Under the pieces are notes generated by a model. It was not told the origin of the DNA and did no database searches. It saw nothing but the letters and a program-made list of their open reading frames with translations. From an uncultured virus (IMG/VR IMGVR_UViG_2061766007_000699) (lineage: Duplodnaviria; Heunggongvirae; Uroviricota; Caudoviricetes): a DNA stretch of 29,363 nt. Positions 1-9,191 of this stretch are shown here, piece after piece. The first letter of the stretch is position 1. Each line of letters opens with the position of its first letter. The position numbers and the translations under genes are program-made. The stretch lies in the IMG/VR virus record IMGVR_UViG_2061766007_000699; one strand, 5' to 3'.

Positions 1-2
1 TG

Positions 3-334
3 TGTGGCACCATTGACCAAATCTTTAGAGAGAAGTCCACGGGGAATTTGTGGATATACGATTGGAAGACGAATAAAGAATTCACCACGAAGAACAAATA
101 CGGCTCCATGNNNNNNNNNNNNNNNNNNNNNNNNNNNNNNNNTCGTTTCAGTTGAACATCTACAAGAAAATCATTGAGAAGATGACAGACCTGAAGATTG
201 CGGGGTGCGTTCTCGTATGGTTTGACGAAATGGGTGAATACCATCCGTTCCGTTGTTTGGATGTGGCCAACGATTGCGACATTCTTCTCAGGAGAAGGGT
301 GCGTGAACTTGAAGAACTCGCAGATAACCGATAA
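3..334 (+). CDS. PD-(D/E)XK (Cas4-like) exonuclease, 5'-partial, spans an N gap
   Basis: Reads CGTIDQIF...IYDWKTNK before the gap and FQLNIYKKII after it. These are the G-x-I-D, D-W-K-T and Q-L-x-x-Y motifs of phage RecB/Cas4-like nucleases. The frames differ across the gap, presumably because its length is an estimate. Confidence 0.75.
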
Positions 335-1316
335 CGATGCCCTGTGGCGCAACATCACCTTGGCCGCTCAACGGCTAGGCGATTGTGTCATGTCCAACGG
401 CAAAATCAACATCCGTTGCAACATTTGCGGGGACAGCAAGAGCAACAGCAGAAAGAAGCGTGGCTATCTCGTATACGATAAGAAGCGAAATCTCATCTAC
501 TACAAGTGTTTTAACGAAGGCGATTGTCCTTGTGCGGGTGAAGGAAACGCTTGGTCAGGAAAGAAGTGGCTCAAGCACACGGCACCTGACATTTACAGAA
601 ATTTCCGCTCCGAGACCATTGTCTCTAGCAAGCAGAGCAAAGTCAATCTGACCGAAGCATCCAAGAGCGGCCCAAAGAAGGAAGAGAAGACAGAAGACCT
701 CTTTCTCCCCATCAGCAAATGTTCGCCTGACTATTTCTCAGCCGTGAAGGAATTTTGTCTCAGGCGCATGATACCTAGGGAATACATCAGGACATTCAAG
801 GTAGCTGAGACGGGGAAATACAAGGGACGGCTAATCATTCCGTTCAGCGACAATCACGGAAACACCTACTTTCAAGCTAGGACTCTGTTCAATCAGACCC
901 CGAAGTATCTGAATTTCGTAGGCAACAGAGACCATGCGATTTTCGGAATTGCGAACATCAGCAAAGACAGCCCCGTTGTTGTTTTGGAGGGGCCAATAGA
1001 CTCCATGTTCATTGAGAACGCAGTCGCTACGCTAGGATGTTCTTATACGGAGACTGTTCAGAATACCCTCAATCAGTTTGACAGCTACTATCTGTTTGAC
1101 AACGATACAGCGGGGTATTCAGCGGCAAAGAGAATGTTGGAAGAGGGGAAGCCCGTTTTCCTTTGGAAGAGGTTTCTCCATGACAACAGACTGAAAGAGA
1201 GCGTCAAAGACATAAACGATTTGGCGATACTAACTAAGCACAAGGAAAAGTTCAAATTTGAGGAGCTGAGAAAATGGTTTTCTAGCTCACGATTTGACGA
1301 AATATGGTTACGATAG
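303..1316 (+). CDS. gp61: DNA primase, T4 gp61-like
   Basis: Zn-ribbon RCNICGDS...YKCFN, GRLIIPF/FQAR/PKYLN, and Toprim motifs EGPIDS, FDND and KDIND. Start moved to GTG 303, after AGGAGAAGG. Confidence 0.9.
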   Translation: MNLKNSQITDNDALWRNITLAAQRLGDCVMSNGKINIRCNICGDSKSNSRKKRGYLVYDKKRNLIYYKCFNEGDCPCAGEGNAWSGKKWLKHTAPDIYRNFRSETIVSSKQSKVNLTEASKSGPKKEEKTEDLFLPISKCSPDYFSAVKEFCLRRMIPREYIRTFKVAETGKYKGRLIIPFSDNHGNTYFQARTLFNQTPKYLNFVGNRDHAIFGIANISKDSPVVVLEGPIDSMFIENAVATLGCSYTETVQNTLNQFDSYYLFDNDTAGYSAAKRMLEEGKPVFLWKRFLHDNRLKESVKDINDLAILTKHKEKFKFEELRKWFSSSRFDEIWLR

Positions 1317-1327
1317 GAGAAAGACAC

Positions 1328-1531
1328 ATGGAAGAACTCAAGAAAAGCATATACGAAATGTATCTCAACATTCTACACGCCATTGACGGTGCGAATGAAG
1401 TCATTGCAAACACGAAATTGAAGGGTATCAACAAGCAGAAGGATGTCGCAAATCTTCAGGGTCAGATAAAGGCTTATGAAGATGTGCGAGACATGATTCT
1501 GTATGACATCATGAAGAAGCCCCGTTCCTAG
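1328..1531 (+). CDS. hypothetical protein
   Basis: AGGAG RBS then ATG 1328; fills the gap between primase and gp4. Confidence 0.7.
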   Translation: MEELKKSIYEMYLNILHAIDGANEVIANTKLKGINKQKDVANLQGQIKAYEDVRDMILYDIMKKPRS

Positions 1532-1535
1532 ACGA

Positions 1536-1988
1536 ATGACTCAATTCTACCAAGGCGATTACAAACCTGAGAATCCCAAGAAATATGTTGGGAACAAGCT
1601 ACCGCATTTCAGGTCTAGTTGGGAGAAACGGGTTTTCTTCTACATGGATAAATGCGAGAACATAATCGCTTGGGGGTCAGAGCCGTTCGCCATTGAATAT
1701 GTCAGCCCCATTGACGGAAAGAAGCACAGGTATTTTCCTGACATCTTCTGTAGGGTCAAGCGGACAGACGGCACCACGAAGGATTTTCTCTTGGAGATAA
1801 AGCCGAAGTATCAGAGCGAACCCGCAAAGGTGCCGAAGAAAAAGACGGCCAAGGCGGTAATCAAATTCGTGGAGAGCCAACAGATATACACGGTGAATCA
1901 GGCGAAATGGAATGCCGCCATGAAGTATTGCAAATCTAGGAACATTGAGTTCAAGGTGATAACGGAAGAACAGTTGGGATTACTTTAA
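1536..1988 (+). CDS. gp4: head completion nuclease (T4 gp4 / TnsA-like endonuclease)
   Basis: YQGDYKPENPKKYVG...RSSWE...WGSE...HRYFPD...EIKP...NQAKW...F.VITE, the typical gp4 signature. Confidence 0.88.
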   Translation: MTQFYQGDYKPENPKKYVGNKLPHFRSSWEKRVFFYMDKCENIIAWGSEPFAIEYVSPIDGKKHRYFPDIFCRVKRTDGTTKDFLLEIKPKYQSEPAKVPKKKTAKAVIKFVESQQIYTVNQAKWNAAMKYCKSRNIEFKVITEEQLGLL

Positions 1989-2002
1989 CTAGAGGTAAGT
2001 GA

Positions 2003-2717
2003 ATGCCGGAAATCAAACTCTATAACGAAGATTGTATGAAAGTGTTGGGGGGGGGTAGCGGATAACTCCATAGACTTGATTGTGTCCGATGTTCCATATC
2101 TGATAACTAGCCGTGGAAACTGTGGAACTATGGGCGGTTATATGACCAACGATATTTCCCTGAGAGGAAAGATTTTTGAAAACAACGAAATCAAACCGAA
2201 GGAATATCTGCCTCAGTTCTATCGCATTCTGAAAGAGAAAACTCATTGTCTCATCATGATTAACCACATCAACTTGAAAGAAATGTTGAATGTGGCGGAA
2301 GATGTTGGGTTTCATTTCGTGAAGTGCTTGATTTGGGATAAACAGAACAAGATTTGTGGTCGCTACTATATGTCCCAATTTGAATACATCTGTCTGTTCC
2401 GAAAGGGAGGAGACAGACCAATAAACAACTGTGGCGATTCGGACATCATTTCCATTCCAAACAAGAAACTGAAAGACGAAGAAGGCCACAATCTACACGA
2501 TACCGAAAAGCCCGTTGAACTCATGAAAGTCCTGATTGGCAATTCAAGCAACGAAGGTGAAACCGTGCTAGACCCGTTTATGGGTATCGGTAGTAGTGGT
2601 ATTGCTAGCAAGTTGTTGAACAGGAATTTCATTGGGTGCGAAATAAACCCCAAGTATTTTGAAATAGCCAAGAGACGAATTGAGGGAGCAAAACAGAAGT
2701 CTAGTTTCTTTTCTTGA
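2003..2717 (+). CDS. N6/N4 DNA methyltransferase (beta class), frameshifted in a G9 tract at 2047-2055 (OFF as assembled)
   Basis: GAGGT RBS, then ATG 2003 MPEIKLYNEDCMKVLGG. The next frame continues VADNSIDLIVSDVPY...HDTEKPVELM...VLDPFMGIGSSG...FIGCEINPKYF. Removing one G joins the two frames. Confidence 0.85.
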
Positions 2718-2722
2718 GAAAT

Positions 2723-2766
2723 TTTACACAGAATTTACACAATTTCAGTTTTAGATTTCGTATATT
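2723..2766 (+). promoter_or_regulatory. TTTACA-N5-TTTACA-N21-TATATT promoter
   Basis: TTTACA at 2723 and 2734, TATATT at 2761. The same architecture recurs at 17541 and 24536, with a half version at 14155. Confidence 0.7.
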
Positions 2767-2800
2767 ATATGGCAACGAAACTCTAAAACAGGACACTCAA

Positions 2801-4123
2801 ATGAACAGCAAGAACTCCAACAGCAAGCATGTGGTGTTGAAGACCAAGAAAACGAAGAAGCCCTATGTCTATATCGTTCAGTCTTCTCTTGAACCCGCCA
2901 AGTGCAAGATTGGTATCACGGACAATCTGTCTAGGAGACTGAAGGAATACAATTCCACTACGGGTCAGTCCAAGGATAACATCTACTCGTATCTGTTCAC
3001 TTGTGAAGTCAAGGATGCGGTGAAGTTGGAGAAGGACATCAAAACCAATTTCGCCCAACTTCGTGAACAAGCGAGCTGTGAGATTTACTTCTACAACAAG
3101 CCGCTGTTTGACCAATACATTGGCTTCATCAGGTCTCACGAATTGTTTGTGAGAGAATTTTTGGTGCGTGAAGAGAAGACCAAAGTTGTCAAAATCGTTA
3201 AGCGGACGGCACCAACTCTGAAAGAACGGGGAATGACCCCCAAGGCTGTCATGCAACGAGCTCAGCGTGTCAAGAATGATGAGTTCTATACTCGCTATGA
3301 GGATGTGGAAAAGGAAATGTCCATGTATCCTCTGAAGACTTGGGAGAACAAGTGTGTCTTTTGTAATTGCGATGATGCCGTTGGCTCCTCTAGGACTGAG
3401 AAAGACTCGTCTGCGTTCGCTCTTTACTTCATCAACAACTTCTTCAAGTTGAAGTTGAAGAAGCTGATTTGCACCCATTACTGCGGAAAAACTGACCTGT
3501 TCAATGCGGGGTCTAAGGGTTATGTCTTCACCAAAGATGGGATGAAGGAAATTTGCAACAAGGACAAAAACTACACAGGCTCTTTTGAAGACCCCGTTTC
3601 ACTGAAAATCCTGAAGGAAGAAGCTGACATTGTGTGCACCAATCCTCCGTTTTCTTTGGCTAAAGATTTTTGGAAACTCGTTATTGAAAGCGGAAAGAAG
3701 TTCATTATCATCTCCAACATTTCTAATTGTGTGACACAGGGATTCATTCCGTTCTTTAAGCAAAACAAGGTTTGGGCGGGTTATAATCGTGTTGACAGTT
3801 ACATTGACCCCAAGGGACAGATTGTTGATGCCTCGGGTCATTGGTTTACTAACATCAAGATTGAAGACCGACCCAAGAGCAGTCTCTTGAAGATTGTTCC
3901 TGTTAATCAAATTCCTGAAAAAAGCAAGACGATTGACGATAATGGTGTGTTGAGTGTCAAAGATGGTTTCATCCCTTCTGACTATAACAAGCCGTTTGCT
4001 GTTTCTGTAAGACCGATTCTAAATGGTGTTTTGGAAAAAGGATATAGCATTATCAAAATCTATACACCTTATGTGAACGAAAAGCGCAAGTTTACAATGA
4101 CCCTCATTCAGAAGGATGGGTAA
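2801..4123 (+). CDS. T5orf172/GIY-YIG-like domain fused to EcoRI-family adenine methyltransferase
   Basis: N-terminus YVYIV...CKIGITDNLSRRLKEYN...LEKDIK...EIYF. C-terminus KNDEFYTRYEDVEKEM...VFCNCDD...ADIVCTNPPFS. Start at ATG 2801 after AGGA. Confidence 0.8.
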   Translation: MNSKNSNSKHVVLKTKKTKKPYVYIVQSSLEPAKCKIGITDNLSRRLKEYNSTTGQSKDNIYSYLFTCEVKDAVKLEKDIKTNFAQLREQASCEIYFYNKPLFDQYIGFIRSHELFVREFLVREEKTKVVKIVKRTAPTLKERGMTPKAVMQRAQRVKNDEFYTRYEDVEKEMSMYPLKTWENKCVFCNCDDAVGSSRTEKDSSAFALYFINNFFKLKLKKLICTHYCGKTDLFNAGSKGYVFTKDGMKEICNKDKNYTGSFEDPVSLKILKEEADIVCTNPPFSLAKDFWKLVIESGKKFIIISNISNCVTQGFIPFFKQNKVWAGYNRVDSYIDPKGQIVDASGHWFTNIKIEDRPKSSLLKIVPVNQIPEKSKTIDDNGVLSVKDGFIPSDYNKPFAVSVRPILNGVLEKGYSIIKIYTPYVNEKRKFTMTLIQKDG

Positions 4124-4189
4124 ATCATAAGCCAAATCCAAATACAAATGACTGTTGTATCCTAAGAAATTAGCTATATTATACATCAC

Positions 4190-4263
4190 ACCGAAGTAGC
4201 TCAGTTGGTAGTAGCAGTGCCCTTTTAAGGCACGGGTCATGGGTTCAAGCCCCATCTTCGGTA
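4190..4263 (+). tRNA. trnK: tRNA-Lys (anticodon UUU), CCA not encoded
   Basis: Acceptor ACCGAAG/CTTCGGT, D arm GCTCAGTTGGTAGTAGC, anticodon stem GTGCC/GGCAC with loop CTTTTAA, T arm ATGGGTTCAAGCCCCAT. Preceded by TATATT at 4175. Confidence 0.95.
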
Positions 4264-4287
4264 TTTCTTCTATCAACGGAGAATCGC

Positions 4288-4950
4288 ATGAAGACTGTTT
4301 TTCTGTTAGGCGGCAAAATTGGCTCAGGAAAGAATTTCGTATTTGACATCTTGACGAAGGCATTGCAATCGGAAGGAAAGACTTGCGAGCATGTCTATTT
4401 CGCCAAGGCCCTGAAGGACATGTCAAAGGAATCTTTCAAACCTCTTGCGGCTCACATCAATCACATTTGCGAGAACATTGAACTGTTGCTAGGTGCGTTG
4501 GAAGACACCCCCGTCAACCTCATCATCAAGAATGGCATATACGATAATCTGAAGTTGCTGAAAATCAAAGACGAAAATTGGTATGAGAACAAGACCGAAA
4601 TCACGAGAATGATTATTCAGGTCATTGGCACCGATTTCGTCAGATTGGCGGACAAGGATTTTTGGGTCAAGCAAGCGGCCAAGGTTATTCAGTCTAGCAC
4701 GGCAGACTACTTCATCATCACTGACTTCAGATTCCCAAACGAATACTATTCGCTCAAGGACATGATACCCGGTGCAAAAATCGTCCCCGTGAAGATTGAC
4801 AGGACGATTGAGCGAGAAGGTGTCATCCATCAGCACCCGTCCGAATTGGCTCTAGACGATTTCAAGCACTTTGAAGAGACCATAGACAACAACGGCACAC
4901 TAGAAGAAACCGAAAAGAATGTGAAGGAAATGGTAAGCAAGTATGTCTGA
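4288..4950 (+). CDS. deoxynucleoside monophosphate kinase (T4 gp1-like)
   Basis: P-loop GKIGSGKN, FAKALKD, R.IIQVIGTD.VR...FWV, IITDFRFPNE, HPSE, IDNNGT. Confidence 0.88.
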   Translation: MKTVFLLGGKIGSGKNFVFDILTKALQSEGKTCEHVYFAKALKDMSKESFKPLAAHINHICENIELLLGALEDTPVNLIIKNGIYDNLKLLKIKDENWYENKTEITRMIIQVIGTDFVRLADKDFWVKQAAKVIQSSTADYFIITDFRFPNEYYSLKDMIPGAKIVPVKIDRTIEREGVIHQHPSELALDDFKHFEETIDNNGTLEETEKNVKEMVSKYV

Positions 4951-5704
4951 AGTCTATTACATTTGCGCCCTTGACGATAAAAAGTGGATTGAATTTCTGA
5001 ACTTCACGGGGCTGTCCGTTTGGGAAAAGAAGGACGGCATTGTTTCGTTTGACCCTCGTTGGGTGCTAGTTGGAAACGATAAGAAGTTCACGGGGATTGG
5101 CGAGAAATACGATTACGGATTCAAGGTGCTGTCCGAACGATTTGACCTGAAGGACAGGGACATAATCGTATTCATTCACCAAGACATCCGATTTGACAGG
5201 ACTTTGGCGGAGGAGAAAATCAAAAAGACTTTCGCTGAACACGAGAATTTGCGTGTGCTTGGTGTTTACGGCACCGAAACTTGGAATGGCGGTGGATGGT
5301 GGAATACTGACAGAGAAAAAAGTTCTCACGGTCAGATTATCCAAACCAACAACGGCAAGCCTTTCCTGTCAAAGCACCAATCGGGATTTTACGATAACTT
5401 GGTTTGTGTTGACGGCTGTTTCCTTTGTTCAACAGTTCAGAATGTGCGAGAAGTAGGATGGAAGGGCAGTGTTTCGGGATGGCACCAATACGATAACGAT
5501 TTCTGCTTCAGGACTCTAGTCAACACCGATGGCGATGTTGGTGTGTTTGACCTTGTTGTTGAGCACAGGAGCGGAGGCGAGCCAAATGACGAATGGGCCA
5601 AGCAGAGCAACAAAATCGTGGATTGGTTCAAGTCCATTGGCATGAAGTCTCCAATCACGAAGGAAAATATCAATGAGTGGAAGACTAAAACCCGTAGCGA
5701 ATAA
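4943..5704 (+). CDS. glycosyltransferase (GT2-like, Glyco_tranf_2_5 type)
   Basis: IIVFIHQDIRF (HQD motif), LGVYG, VCVDGCFLC, WHQYDNDFC, VEHRSGG. Confidence 0.75.
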   Translation: MSEVYYICALDDKKWIEFLNFTGLSVWEKKDGIVSFDPRWVLVGNDKKFTGIGEKYDYGFKVLSERFDLKDRDIIVFIHQDIRFDRTLAEEKIKKTFAEHENLRVLGVYGTETWNGGGWWNTDREKSSHGQIIQTNNGKPFLSKHQSGFYDNLVCVDGCFLCSTVQNVREVGWKGSVSGWHQYDNDFCFRTLVNTDGDVGVFDLVVEHRSGGEPNDEWAKQSNKIVDWFKSIGMKSPITKENINEWKTKTRSE

Positions 5705-6074
5705 CGGTATCCGAAGAGACTACTCCGAGGAGAAGTTCAACAAGTTCTTTGAGTATTGCCGTTTCGTGGAAGGCGAAAACGCTGAGCTGATTCGTCATGT
5801 CTGTCTGAAGGCGTGGCGAAATCTTCTAACCTATTATTACATTGACACGAAGAATCGTGTCTACAAGTTCACCACAGTGGACGGCATTTATTGCATACTG
5901 TGGATGTATGGCACCAAGGACAAAAAGAAACAGTTTTGCCATGCGGAATTGGAGATGGTGAAGGACGGTGTGCCATACAAGGCAACGAAGAAGTGGCCTA
6001 GGTATCTAATCAAAATCATAGAATACAATCTGAAGCATACACCTACATATAAGGATGGTGATATGCGGCTATGA
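5673..6074 (+). CDS. hypothetical protein
   Basis: 133-aa ORF overlapping both neighbours in the operon. Confidence 0.65.
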   Translation: MSGRLKPVANNGIRRDYSEEKFNKFFEYCRFVEGENAELIRHVCLKAWRNLLTYYYIDTKNRVYKFTTVDGIYCILWMYGTKDKKKQFCHAELEMVKDGVPYKATKKWPRYLIKIIEYNLKHTPTYKDGDMRL

Positions 6075-6711
6075 TTTGAGCATGAACGGGTCAGGCATTT
6101 GCGTGCTTGAGCTAGACGATAATCTTGATGTCAAGAGTTGCGACTATTTGGGATTCACGCAAGTCAAGAAAAACGAAATCCCTGACCATTCAATCTACTA
6201 CAGGAAAGAAGACTTCAAATCAAGATACGAGCTGACTGAAATGATGATTGCGGAGATAACGAAGAAGACCAAGAATGTATCCTATGTTGGAATAGAAGAT
6301 TTCGCTTTCGGTGCAATGGGCCGTCTAGCGGACATTGGCTCTTTCGTTGGTCAAGTGGCTTACGATACATGGAAGAGAGGAAAGGCAATCAAGTGGTATG
6401 GCCCCGCCATCCACAAAAAATTTTTCTGCGGACGGGGCAACGCTGACAAAATCGGAATGTATCAAGAGTTCATCACTAGGGATGAAATCAAGCCTGACAT
6501 CTCTCAAATGCCCGTCCCAACGAAAAGTTCAGGTGTCTCGCCAACTTCGGACATCATAGATGCTTATTCCATTGCGAAGCTAGTTCAGGCGGAATTGAAA
6601 ATCCAAAACGGAATCATAACTCTGAATGACCTGAGCGACAAAGAGAAAGAAGTATTTTTGGATAAGAAGAAGAAAACCATCTTAACGGAGCCGTGGATAC
6701 AGCATGACTAA
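6055..6711 (+). CDS. RuvC-like Holliday junction resolvase
   Basis: GYDLSMNGSGIC, VGIEDFAFG, KKFFCGRGNADK, DIIDAYSIA: RNase H-fold RuvC catalytic residues. Confidence 0.78.
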   Translation: MVICGYDLSMNGSGICVLELDDNLDVKSCDYLGFTQVKKNEIPDHSIYYRKEDFKSRYELTEMMIAEITKKTKNVSYVGIEDFAFGAMGRLADIGSFVGQVAYDTWKRGKAIKWYGPAIHKKFFCGRGNADKIGMYQEFITRDEIKPDISQMPVPTKSSGVSPTSDIIDAYSIAKLVQAELKIQNGIITLNDLSDKEKEVFLDKKKKTILTEPWIQHD

Positions 6712-7435
6712 TAAAGTTGTTGATACTCAATGGGCCAACGAGCACAAGTTCCTAGCTACACTCACCAAAGACAAAAACACCAAGCAGTCCAATCTTGGCG
6801 GTGTTGAAATCATTTCGCCCAAGTTAGGAACAGGACACTACTACAAGGAAAAAACTACCAAGAAAAAGATTGTCCTTCACTACACCGTGGGAGATTGCAA
6901 GTCCGCCTACAACACGCTAATCAATCAGAGCGAGAAGGTGTCCGTTTCCTACTTGATTTCTAGAGAGGGAAAGGTCATCAAGTTGTTTGACGATTGCTAT
7001 TGGAGCTATCATCTAGGAGCGGGTGCTGTTGGTGGAAACAAGGCCATGAGCAGTGAAAGCATTGGGATTGAGATTGCAAACTTCGGCCCTCTCACTAGAA
7101 ACGGCTACGATTTGCATACCTGTTATTCCACGGAGAAACAGCCACAGGTCTATTGCGACATTGGAGACACCAATCACTACATCTACATCAAAGAAGGATT
7201 CAGGGGCTATCAGTATTTCGCCAAGCCAACGAGCGAACAGATTGAAGCCGTGATGAAACTGACGAAGTTCCTATGCGAGAAGCATGACATTCCGTATTGC
7301 CAACTGAGCGAGAATGACAGATACGAAGTTTTCGGTAGCGCAACTATGGCCAAGAGATTTTCGGGTGTATGCACTCACATCAACTTCAGGGAAACAGGAA
7401 AATGGGACATAGAGCCATACTTCTTTAATAGTTAA
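6704..7435 (+). CDS. N-acetylmuramoyl-L-alanine amidase (Amidase_2), candidate endolysin
   Basis: IVLHYT, SVSYLISREGKV, WSYHLG, SIGIEIAN, GVCTH...K.D..P. Confidence 0.85.
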   Translation: MTNKVVDTQWANEHKFLATLTKDKNTKQSNLGGVEIISPKLGTGHYYKEKTTKKKIVLHYTVGDCKSAYNTLINQSEKVSVSYLISREGKVIKLFDDCYWSYHLGAGAVGGNKAMSSESIGIEIANFGPLTRNGYDLHTCYSTEKQPQVYCDIGDTNHYIYIKEGFRGYQYFAKPTSEQIEAVMKLTKFLCEKHDIPYCQLSENDRYEVFGSATMAKRFSGVCTHINFRETGKWDIEPYFFNS

Positions 7436-7501
7436 AATCATTATAAAAATCGTGGATGTGGTCAGAGGAAAATACTATATTTGGTCTGACAAAGAGGTGC
7501 T

Positions 7502-8869
7502 ATGAGCGAACGATTTGATGACGGCAAATATGTTCTACATCTTTTCCTGACAGACAAAGATGCTAGAGAGAAGATGTTGCCCTTCGTTGACGAGAGGATG
7601 TTTGACCTCCCTAGCTACAAGAACATACTCAAGGTATTTCTGAATCACTTGGAGAAGTATGGCAATCCGCCTTCAGCACAGGAACTGACATCCAACATTG
7701 ACAATGACCAAGATTACGAGAAGCTGAAGGAAATCCTTACCTACAAACCCGAAGTCTCCAAGTCTTTTGCAATGGATAGGGCGCAAGAGTGGTTTAGACT
7801 CGCAAAGATACACTCAGCCATTGTTTCCATTGCGGATACCGTGGAAGACAATGGCTCCGATTCCATTGTTCCATTTGTGGATGACCTTCGTGAAGCCCTG
7901 TCTTTCTCTTTTGACAGTTCAGTAGGGCTAGACCTCTTCGGCCAAGATACCCCCGCTGAAATGTTTGCCTACCTTCACGGCAACGAAAAGGTCATTCCTA
8001 CGGGTCTAGAAACCCTTGATAAGTTGATTGATGGCGGATGGCACGAGAAGACATTGAATCTACTCATTGCGCCAACTAATGTGGGCAAGACTTTGTGCAA
8101 GTGCGCCTTTGCCGTCAATGCTTTCCTTCATGACAAGAATGTCCTCTACATCTCTTTGGAAATCCCCGAACAAGTAGTCGCTCAGCGTTTCATGGCCAAC
8201 TTGTTTGAGCGGAAGATGAATGAGTTGAAGTTGGTTTCCTCCGATGAAATGGGTCAGCTGTATGAAGACCTGAAGAAGAAAACCAATGGTCGCATGTATA
8301 TCAAGGAATTTCCAACGGGGTCTGCCAACACCAATACCATCAGGCATTTGCTGAAGGAATTGGAAATCAAGCAGAAGTTCATCCCTGACATCATCTTCGT
8401 GGACTACCTTGGTATCATGGCAACGAATCGTCCTAGCTATGGGGACAATACCAACACGAAGTATAAGATTATCACCGAAGAGTTGCGTGGTTTGGCAATG
8501 GAGCGGGGCATTCCAATCGTGTCATCCAACCAAACCAACAGAGCGGGTTTCGGAAAGGCGGAGATTGACCTGACTGACACAGCTGACTCAATCGCTCAGA
8601 CCAACACGGCTGACCTTATCGTGATGGTAGGCCGAACTGAAGAGCTGATGGCGGAGAACAAGTATATGTTCACCATCTCCAAAAACCGCCTAGGCAAAAA
8701 TATGACACACCTGTTGGTCAATGTGGACTATGACCATCAGCGAATTTCTGACGATACGGAAGATACTAGACTAGAGTCGCAAGTGGAAAAGGCCAAGGAA
8801 ATTTGGAACAAGACCTCGGTGCAAAACAAGAAAGAGCTCAAGAAAAATGTCTTTGAGGGGATAGAATGA
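7502..8869 (+). CDS. gp41: replicative DNA helicase, T4 gp41 / DnaB-like
   Basis: Walker A APTNVGKT, NVLYISLE, IKEFPTGSA, PDIIFVDYLGIM, EELRGLA, QTNRAGFG, SKNRLG. Confidence 0.93.
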   Translation: MSERFDDGKYVLHLFLTDKDAREKMLPFVDERMFDLPSYKNILKVFLNHLEKYGNPPSAQELTSNIDNDQDYEKLKEILTYKPEVSKSFAMDRAQEWFRLAKIHSAIVSIADTVEDNGSDSIVPFVDDLREALSFSFDSSVGLDLFGQDTPAEMFAYLHGNEKVIPTGLETLDKLIDGGWHEKTLNLLIAPTNVGKTLCKCAFAVNAFLHDKNVLYISLEIPEQVVAQRFMANLFERKMNELKLVSSDEMGQLYEDLKKKTNGRMYIKEFPTGSANTNTIRHLLKELEIKQKFIPDIIFVDYLGIMATNRPSYGDNTNTKYKIITEELRGLAMERGIPIVSSNQTNRAGFGKAEIDLTDTADSIAQTNTADLIVMVGRTEELMAENKYMFTISKNRLGKNMTHLLVNVDYDHQRISDDTEDTRLESQVEKAKEIWNKTSVQNKKELKKNVFEGIE

Positions 8870-9189
8870 TGGAAGAAAACGAATACTTGGAACGCAAGGA
8901 AAAGTTCTTCAAAGTTGCCAACGAAGACTACAATCTGAATTGGGATGAATTGGAACTGAGGAAATCCGAACAGATGCGGAAGTTGAACGAAATGCTCCGC
9001 AATCTGTCAGCGGGTGGTGTATTCACGATTTTGGAAATGACAGTCTTTATCTTTGAAGACATCTACGATGACCCAAAGCGATTGATGTCTTACTTGGACA
9101 AAGGAAACTACGAGGCCGTCATGGAAGATGTGCGCCTGAAGTATCCTGAGAAGAGAGCGAAATCCGTGCTTGATTTGTTTTTGAGGTAA
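8866..9189 (+). CDS. hypothetical protein
   Basis: Coupled to the helicase stop codon by an ATGA overlap. Confidence 0.7.
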   Translation: MMEENEYLERKEKFFKVANEDYNLNWDELELRKSEQMRKLNEMLRNLSAGGVFTILEMTVFIFEDIYDDPKRLMSYLDKGNYEAVMEDVRLKYPEKRAKSVLDLFLR

Positions 9190-9191
9190 CG

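Noticed and set aside
1536..1988. Tn7 TnsA transposase / mobile element
   Set aside because: No tnsB/C or terminal repeats. The motifs and context fit the T4 gp4 head-completion nuclease.
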